From a virus: a DNA stretch of 64,000 nucleotides. Location of the stretch: IMG/VR virus record IMGVR_UViG_3300042892_002174, positions 4,331-68,330 of that record; one strand, 5' to 3'. The notes beneath the pieces are model-generated. The model ran no database searches. It was given only the letters and a program-made list of their open reading frames with translations, and was not told the origin of the DNA. Positions within the stretch are counted from its first letter, which is position 1, and each line of letters begins with the position of its first letter. Of the stretch, positions 45,912 to 52,415 are shown one piece after another. The position numbers and the translations under genes are program-made.

Positions 45912-46941
45912 TTGTATTGAAATAGACCTGCGTGGGCAAGACAGCGTACTTACTGTATACATAGATGTAGCGGACAACAGTCTCAGTCGACGCTGGCTGG
46001 CCGCGCTAAATGACATCATTAGAACTGATCTGCATTTAGAAAAGAATTATTGTTGGTTGGGATGGACAGAAAGTGAACGAAATGCACGATACCTTTGTGA
46101 GCAAATTAATGCTAGTATTGATCACATCAATCGAAGTGATCTTGGCTATCACATTGATTGTGATGCTTATAGTGTAGACAATGTGATACAGCCAGATCTA
46201 GACGTCGACCATGAACGCATGAATTCATTGCACAGATATTTTGAAGATCTACAGGGATGGTCGGGTGGCATCAGTGACTATTATAATTCAGCTGATCCTG
46301 CCACACGCTGGCACATACGTCAGCTGAACTTGCTGTGTCATGAACTGGAGAGTCTTGTGCTATCCATGCGAAAGGCAGTCGAAGCACCAGAATGGCGTAG
46401 ACCATCGCAGTTGATGTGCTGGCTAAACGCACCGCGTTTTGCGCTAGAATCTGAAGATTACGAATTGTTTGGCGTAGAAACTATCAACAGAACTCTAGGC
46501 GGTGTTTATTTGGGTGTAAATAAAGCAGTTGGCAAACATCACTGGGAGGTGTTCAATGATGAAGGTAGGGATAGTCGCATTAGTGAACTTGTTACTACAG
46601 GACTGCGTGCTCAAACTGAAGCCGCTGGTGACTTTGATATCGAATGGGCCCGTGACCCGGGAGCATATTCTTGGCAAAAAACCAAGCTTCAAGAATTCCG
46701 TATCTGGTTACTGGCAAATGGGTTTGATCCAGAGGACAAAAGTCTCACCATTGGTCACCCAAAGGTGGCACAGGTTGACGTGATGCGATCATTTGGTACA
46801 ACAGACTATGAAAAGATTTGGGCCAAGCTGGCTCAACATCTTGATGTGTTGAGCATACGCACCAGCTGGGGCGAAGCTACATACAACTATCACTGGAGCG
46901 ATCCAGACTATGCCGAACAGCAAATAAGGAAATTGAAATGA
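45904..46941 (+). CDS. Hypothetical protein
   Basis: 345-aa ORF overlapping both neighbours; LHRYFE, LNLLCHELE and VGKHH motifs; no family recognised. Confidence 0.7.
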   Translation: MLDCIEIDLRGQDSVLTVYIDVADNSLSRRWLAALNDIIRTDLHLEKNYCWLGWTESERNARYLCEQINASIDHINRSDLGYHIDCDAYSVDNVIQPDLDVDHERMNSLHRYFEDLQGWSGGISDYYNSADPATRWHIRQLNLLCHELESLVLSMRKAVEAPEWRRPSQLMCWLNAPRFALESEDYELFGVETINRTLGGVYLGVNKAVGKHHWEVFNDEGRDSRISELVTTGLRAQTEAAGDFDIEWARDPGAYSWQKTKLQEFRIWLLANGFDPEDKSLTIGHPKVAQVDVMRSFGTTDYEKIWAKLAQHLDVLSIRTSWGEATYNYHWSDPDYAEQQIRKLK

Positions 46942-47039
46942 AATGGATTAAAAGAATTTGGGACAGAATTACGTTAGAGATTCGCTATCGTAAAAAGCTA
47001 AAAGAACTGCGTAAAAGAGATCCTTTTATCTACAAATGA
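46938..47039 (+). CDS. 33-aa basic peptide MKWIKRIWDRITLEIRYRKKLKELRKRDPFIYK
   Basis: Not in the ORF track; fills the gap exactly with ATGA overlaps at both ends. Confidence 0.75.
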   Translation: MKWIKRIWDRITLEIRYRKKLKELRKRDPFIYK

Positions 47040-48520
47040 AACACACCCTAGGAGTATCCGCAGGATTTCATGACGCTGCCTTGACCTTGTTAGATCAGCA
47101 TGGCAAGATTGTGTTTGCTGGACATTCAGAACGCTACTCAAAAAAGAAAAATGATGCTGATATTTCATCGGCCATGCTTGATGAAATTGACATGAATCAG
47201 GTAGGTACCATTGCGTACTACGAACGTCCCTGGATGAAACAACTGCGTCAATGGTATGCAGGACAGGGCATTGAATGGAACAAAGTAACCACACGACAAA
47301 TACTCAAGCAACAGCTTGGTGCTGATCAAGTGAGTGGCAAACGCATTAAAAACTACAATCATCACCTGTGTCATGCGGCCGCTGGTTTTCAAACAAGCCC
47401 TTATCCCATAGCCACAGTTGTGGTGATAGATGCTGTGGGTGAATGGGATACAGTATCAATTTGGGGAGCAATGTATGATAAAAACTATAAAGCAACGTAT
47501 ACTCGACTTTGGTCGCAAAGTTATCCACATTCAATTGGATTATTCTACTCTGCTATTACTAAGCGCATTGGCCTACACCCACTAGACGAAGAATACATCA
47601 CAATGGGCATGGCCGGCTGGGGCACGCCGCAGTGGACTGAAGTCATGCGTGATGTGCTGTTAGAAGATTCTGAGCAACTGCGATTTAGGTCAAACTTGCA
47701 CACAGGACTTGATTCAAATTTTTTAGATTGTGCAACCAATGAAGATATTGCTGCTTCGGCACAACAACTTACAGAGTATCTGATACATCAAGTGATGACT
47801 CGAGCCAGGGCATTTGGCTGGAGCAACAACTTGGTTTACATGGGCGGAGTGGCACTAAACTGCTTGGCCAATAGGAGGTTAGGTGAATACTTTGATAACA
47901 TATGGATTATGCCTTGTCCTGGTGATGCTGGCAGTAGCCTGGGCGCCGCCGCTCTTGCACACGGTCATCGTGTTCAGTGGACTGACGCTGCTCTTGGCCA
48001 TAATATACCTGGTGATTACCCTGTTGACAGTGCCTTGGCTGCTCTTCTCACTGATCGTATTGTGGGTGTGGCATCTGGCCGAGCGGAATTCGGGCCCAGG
48101 GCGCTAGGCAATAGATCATTGTTGGCAGATCCTAGAGGTGCTGACATAAAGGACCAAGTGAATGGAATCAAACGCAGACAAAAATTTAGACCCTTTGCCC
48201 CAGTTATTCTGGCGGAGTTGGCTGATCATTACTTTGATATGCCTCGTTGCTGGAGTGACAGTAGGTATATGCAAGTGGTCGCTCGTTGCCGGCATCCTGA
48301 CTTATTTCCTGCTGTCATTCATGTTGACGGTACCAGTCGTGTACAAACTGTACCACGGGATGGATCAGGAATACGCCAACTGTTAGAAGCTTGGTATGCT
48401 CAAACTGGCTGTCCCATGCTGTTAAACACATCGCTAAACATACGCGGCGAGCCCATGGTTAACGATCGTGCAGATGCTGATAGATTTGAACAACAGTATG
48501 GGGTTGTTGTTGCGTCATGA
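47036..48520 (+). CDS. NodU/CmcH/TobZ-family O-carbamoyltransferase
   Basis: FHDAA, HHLCHAA, VIDAVGE, GGVALNC, PGDAG, EFGPRALGNRS, FRPFAP, HVDGTSRVQTV, LNTSLN. Confidence 0.95.
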   Translation: MKHTLGVSAGFHDAALTLLDQHGKIVFAGHSERYSKKKNDADISSAMLDEIDMNQVGTIAYYERPWMKQLRQWYAGQGIEWNKVTTRQILKQQLGADQVSGKRIKNYNHHLCHAAAGFQTSPYPIATVVVIDAVGEWDTVSIWGAMYDKNYKATYTRLWSQSYPHSIGLFYSAITKRIGLHPLDEEYITMGMAGWGTPQWTEVMRDVLLEDSEQLRFRSNLHTGLDSNFLDCATNEDIAASAQQLTEYLIHQVMTRARAFGWSNNLVYMGGVALNCLANRRLGEYFDNIWIMPCPGDAGSSLGAAALAHGHRVQWTDAALGHNIPGDYPVDSALAALLTDRIVGVASGRAEFGPRALGNRSLLADPRGADIKDQVNGIKRRQKFRPFAPVILAELADHYFDMPRCWSDSRYMQVVARCRHPDLFPAVIHVDGTSRVQTVPRDGSGIRQLLEAWYAQTGCPMLLNTSLNIRGEPMVNDRADADRFEQQYGVVVAS

Positions 48521-49128
48521 GAAGTATCTATATAGGCGGGGATAGTTTTTGTTACTATCGAAAATCAGGTGATTGGCCTGCTATTTTAGCAAACAAGTTA
48601 AATCTCAAATTAACAGGATGCGGATTTCCAGGAGATAGTTGGTGGCATACTCGACAACATCTGTTGCAGTATCTAGCAACTAAAAAATCAATCAAAACTG
48701 AACTATTTGTTTTTTGTCACACAGACCCATATCGTTTTTTAACAAGCCAGATATTTTTTCAAAATCCTGATGCTTTGGCTATCAAAAATCAATATCTCAA
48801 ATACTTTCTGGATTATGATATTGGCGAATGGACTACCAAGCATTGGTACTTAGAATTAAACGAATTGTTAAAAAATCGACAAGTTATACATCTTCAATGT
48901 TTTAGTAGTTCTCAAACAATATTCCCACTGTTATCTGGCTGTCGAATTGTCACACCACTAGTTGAATTAAGTCTTAAAGATAATGAAACAATTGATGAAT
49001 GGCGCATGCCAGGACCACATGAAGATGTCAGAAGAAATCATTTTAATCCAGCACAACAACAATCACTTGCTCAAAAAATTGTTGACTGTTTGGGCAGTGA
49101 TGCCAACGATTTCAAGATAAGTTTATAG
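48517..49128 (+). CDS. SGNH-like protein
   Basis: IGGDSFC nucleophile-like motif, C-terminal RNHF; AT-rich; ATGA-coupled to the carbamoyltransferase. Confidence 0.5.
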   Translation: MRSIYIGGDSFCYYRKSGDWPAILANKLNLKLTGCGFPGDSWWHTRQHLLQYLATKKSIKTELFVFCHTDPYRFLTSQIFFQNPDALAIKNQYLKYFLDYDIGEWTTKHWYLELNELLKNRQVIHLQCFSSSQTIFPLLSGCRIVTPLVELSLKDNETIDEWRMPGPHEDVRRNHFNPAQQQSLAQKIVDCLGSDANDFKISL

Positions 49129-50163
49129 ATAAGTCTCTAGTCCGCCACGACGACGGATATCTTGTGTACAGCATGAAATGCCACCATCCCAGAAGTAACT
49201 GTGACGCAGTTCTGAGATGATAGGTTCAATGTGATGTTTGCGACAATAGTCAAACACTTCTTTGTTATATGCTGAAAAAATCACATGCGACTCGTCTAGT
49301 ACAAGACAGTTGACATCAAACACAGTTTCAGCCACAAAGCCAGTCCACTTGGTTAGATAAGTGTTTACAAAGTCCGTAAACTCTGGCGTAGGAGTTTGTC
49401 CTTGTACATACCAGGCACCAGGCGACTGTTCGTATTTGAACTTGCCCACTTCCATAGCTGCCCAGATTGAACTATCCCAGATCTTGCACACATCCCATCC
49501 TGGAAAGTCAGCAGCCAAATTTAAGTTGACATCGTGCTTGCTGGATAGTAACACACCGGGTTTGAGAATGGCAAACACAGCATCACCGTGACCATCTGTA
49601 ACAGCTTCGTGTATGCGATACTCAGGACCTAACACATTGTCCACAATCCAACGAGTTTGATCAGGACGCAAGTAATCACTGTTGTCAAAGAACACATCGC
49701 GACCCACACGCACAATACATGAAGCTGATGCACCATTTAAGATGCAGTCTGGATTCCATTTACCACCATGTGGATCCACAACTGATCCCGGTTGTGCTGT
49801 GGCATATTCTGCGCACAGATTATTGAGTTCACCCATAGGCAACACACGTAACAACTTGTCACCCAAGGTGATTTGCCAGTCACGTGGTGTCAGCGGTGGC
49901 AGCGGGGCACCTCCCCCTTCGGTTTGGAACCAAACAAATTGATCCTTGTTAGGCAAGTCAGGTCGGCGCACTCGAGCACCGTAGGTTTCGATAGTGCGTT
50001 GTAGGTTGTTAAGATCTTCCTCGGTCTCGTGTAAGATCTGTTGCAGTTGATTGCGTACTTGAGGATTATCTATAAAATCAAAGTAGTCGGGTGTGTAGGC
50101 ACGACCCACAATGACTTCTTCAAGTGGTTGCCAGCTGGTGTAAGAATTAACGATGTTGTTCAT
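49123..50163 (-). CDS. Amidinotransferase (glycine/inosamine amidinotransferase, pentein fold)
   Basis: NSYTSWQPLEEVIVG, TPRD, GHGD (catalytic His), FDVN, DGGISCCT (catalytic Cys); TAAATA upstream at 50182-50187. Confidence 0.85.
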   Translation of the reverse strand: MNNIVNSYTSWQPLEEVIVGRAYTPDYFDFIDNPQVRNQLQQILHETEEDLNNLQRTIETYGARVRRPDLPNKDQFVWFQTEGGGAPLPPLTPRDWQITLGDKLLRVLPMGELNNLCAEYATAQPGSVVDPHGGKWNPDCILNGASASCIVRVGRDVFFDNSDYLRPDQTRWIVDNVLGPEYRIHEAVTDGHGDAVFAILKPGVLLSSKHDVNLNLAADFPGWDVCKIWDSSIWAAMEVGKFKYEQSPGAWYVQGQTPTPEFTDFVNTYLTKWTGFVAETVFDVNCLVLDESHVIFSAYNKEVFDYCRKHHIEPIISELRHSYFWDGGISCCTQDIRRRGGLETYL

Positions 50164-51340
50164 TGATTTGCTCTATAAGGGTATTTAAGCGTGTAGTTTT
50201 GATCTGCATGAATAAACGTTGGTTGTATTCGATGTCTGCTCTGCACTGTTCAAACAAGGTACTTAGGCCTTGAGCATGTGCTTGGGCAATAGCTTCTTTG
50301 AGTTGACGCCAGCGTTCAGTGTTGTTTTTTTCACAATCGTATCTGTTATCTAGTACTGAATCAAATGTTCTATAACCCATGTCACGCAACACTTGCAAAC
50401 TGCCTGCTGCGCCTACTATAAAAAACATCTGTCCATGTTTGATTGGTTTGAATGTTTTTTCACTTAACAATACGCCGCCACTTTGATCATAGTCAAATTG
50501 GCTTTCTAGCACAATGTTGCAGTAGGAGTTCATAAAGTATTTGGGTTCAGTGTTGAGACTGTGATCGTTGCGTTCATCTTGTGTGAGTTCATCACTCACA
50601 TACGGTGCATGTTCTAAAAATTTGCTGCGAGCATGTCGCAATTGAGCAATAGTATCTACTTCAATTGGACAATCGTTGTCATCTCCGTACGGGGCTTCGC
50701 AGTAACTCCAGTAGCTATTGTTCAAAATGTTGTCTCGTTTTAAATCAGCTATCGCTGTGGCACGCCACCATTTGTGTGTTCTTGTCAATGCAGTAAAGTC
50801 ACGTTCTCTTGGTTCATGATGTATGTGTAATGATGGATTGTTATGATTGCGTTGATAGTACCAAAGTTCGCTGTCTTGAAATGCCACAAACCCAGGTATG
50901 TTTTGGGCCGCTGAGTTTGAACTCACAAACACATAACAAGTTGGATCCAATTGGTGTGTGGATGCTAATGCATCCAGTCGTTGTTTGATACGATAAGGAT
51001 TGTCGCCTTCGTGATAGAAAAACAATATCTTTAGGGTGTTGCTGGCAACTGCGGCAAATACAGACGTTGGCAACAAGCTAAAATAATCTATATCAAAATT
51101 AAAGAATCCAATAGCAATAGGGTAAAAACTGCCGTCGGGAAAATCATCAATGGAGTATGTGTTGATCGGAACTTCGTGCAGTTTGCAGTACTCTTGTATG
51201 CGTAAGGGAGTGGTGTAAGGCCATTTGCTGCCAAACTGTCGCCACTCGGGTGTGTAAGGCTCAGCTGACCATGAAGCAAGATGTGGATATATCTTGTCGT
51301 GTACCACACGATCAACAACAAAATTAAATCTCAATGCCAT
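50147..51340 (-). CDS. Putative GT-B (GT10-like) glycosyltransferase family protein, paralog B
   Basis: FTALTR.HKWWR, YCNIVLES..LSEKTFKPIKHGQMFFIVG, GYRTF. Confidence 0.45.
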   Translation of the reverse strand: MALRFNFVVDRVVHDKIYPHLASWSAEPYTPEWRQFGSKWPYTTPLRIQEYCKLHEVPINTYSIDDFPDGSFYPIAIGFFNFDIDYFSLLPTSVFAAVASNTLKILFFYHEGDNPYRIKQRLDALASTHQLDPTCYVFVSSNSAAQNIPGFVAFQDSELWYYQRNHNNPSLHIHHEPRERDFTALTRTHKWWRATAIADLKRDNILNNSYWSYCEAPYGDDNDCPIEVDTIAQLRHARSKFLEHAPYVSDELTQDERNDHSLNTEPKYFMNSYCNIVLESQFDYDQSGGVLLSEKTFKPIKHGQMFFIVGAAGSLQVLRDMGYRTFDSVLDNRYDCEKNNTERWRQLKEAIAQAHAQGLSTLFEQCRADIEYNQRLFMQIKTTRLNTLIEQINEQHR

Positions 51341-52415
51341 CTAACATCGCCTGTAGTTCTGTCCAAAGAATTCTTTCAAAACCGCCATTGTAAAAATGAT
51401 TCCAATTGTGTTCAATCGTCTCGCGACAACGGTGATATAGTGCAATTCGTTCCGTAACTGAAAGGTCACAAAGACTTTGAAGCAGGCTCGCAACCGCGGC
51501 AATTCTTTCGTGATCATCCAGTACGGTGTCGTATGATTCGTCCCATACATGCCCAAAAGTCTTAAATCCATAACTGCGCAAATACTCCAAACTGCCTGCT
51601 GTGGCTACCAACACAAACGGCATGCCCATGGCAATTGGTTTGAATGTTTTTTCTGTAATGTGATGTCTGCGACCTGTGGCCACAGTCTCTGTAACCAAGT
51701 ATAACAGACTATCAGCTGCTTGGTCAAACAAACTGAGCCAACACGAGTGCATGGGATGATCAGTTTCGCCCTCAAAGTTAATGGGCAATTGCTGTGCTCG
51801 AAACACATCTTGAATGTCTGGGTATTGTGCCACTAACGGTTGGGCAGCATCCACAATACTGATGTTTTCCACAGGGCACACAACAGGACATGAGATGTGA
51901 TTGTCAGTCATGCCGTTCTTGAAAATATGATACAACATCTCCAAACGGTGTTTACGCTCTCCAGCAATAATACGATTGGGCGCTAGGAATGTTCGAGTAG
52001 GAGCACGTTCTGCAATTGGCTTGATCAAGAATGTTTTGTCGTACCCACGATACCAATCTAATGCAGCCCACCCATGAAAGAAGTAGTAATAGCTTTTCCA
52101 CCCATATTGGGCACACAATGCATCAACATTGTCACTGTCACGTTCGCTGGTGCAGATGGCACCTTGGGCTCCAGTTACATCGGCATTACGACGAAGCACT
52201 TCGTCAAATGTAGCCATGTGTATGTTCAAATGTATTGGCTCTTGATCAAAAAAGAATATATAATTGTATTCGTGTACATCTTCACTGCCAAAATTCATCA
52301 CACTATCAGGATCACTACGCCCAAATGGATCGCACATGAACATTCGCTGCCCAGGCCTGTTGCGTCGGATCCAAGGCCAAAAGGTGTTGTTGTAAATTTC
52401 GTCTATTCTAACCAT
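51324..52415 (-). CDS. Putative GT-B (GT10-like) glycosyltransferase family protein, paralog C
   Basis: FLAPNR..RKHR, LYLVTET..ITEKTFKPIAMGMPFVLV, GFKTF..WDESYD. Confidence 0.45.
   Translation of the reverse strand: MVRIDEIYNNTFWPWIRRNRPGQRMFMCDPFGRSDPDSVMNFGSEDVHEYNYIFFFDQEPIHLNIHMATFDEVLRRNADVTGAQGAICTSERDSDNVDALCAQYGWKSYYYFFHGWAALDWYRGYDKTFLIKPIAERAPTRTFLAPNRIIAGERKHRLEMLYHIFKNGMTDNHISCPVVCPVENISIVDAAQPLVAQYPDIQDVFRAQQLPINFEGETDHPMHSCWLSLFDQAADSLLYLVTETVATGRRHHITEKTFKPIAMGMPFVLVATAGSLEYLRSYGFKTFGHVWDESYDTVLDDHERIAAVASLLQSLCDLSVTERIALYHRCRETIEHNWNHFYNGGFERILWTELQAMLDGIEI

Noticed and set aside
38337-47039. Classical RiPP (ranthipeptide/sactipeptide) cluster as the main interpretation
   Set aside because: No RRE/PqqD domain, peptidase or exporter is visible, the only peptide lacks Cys and a leader, and the neighbours are sugar enzymes; kept only as a minor alternative.
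47036-50163. Saxitoxin or true aminoglycoside antibiotic cluster
   Set aside because: No SxtA-like PKS, no 2-deoxy-scyllo-inosose synthase and no resistance or export genes; only the tailoring enzyme families are shared.
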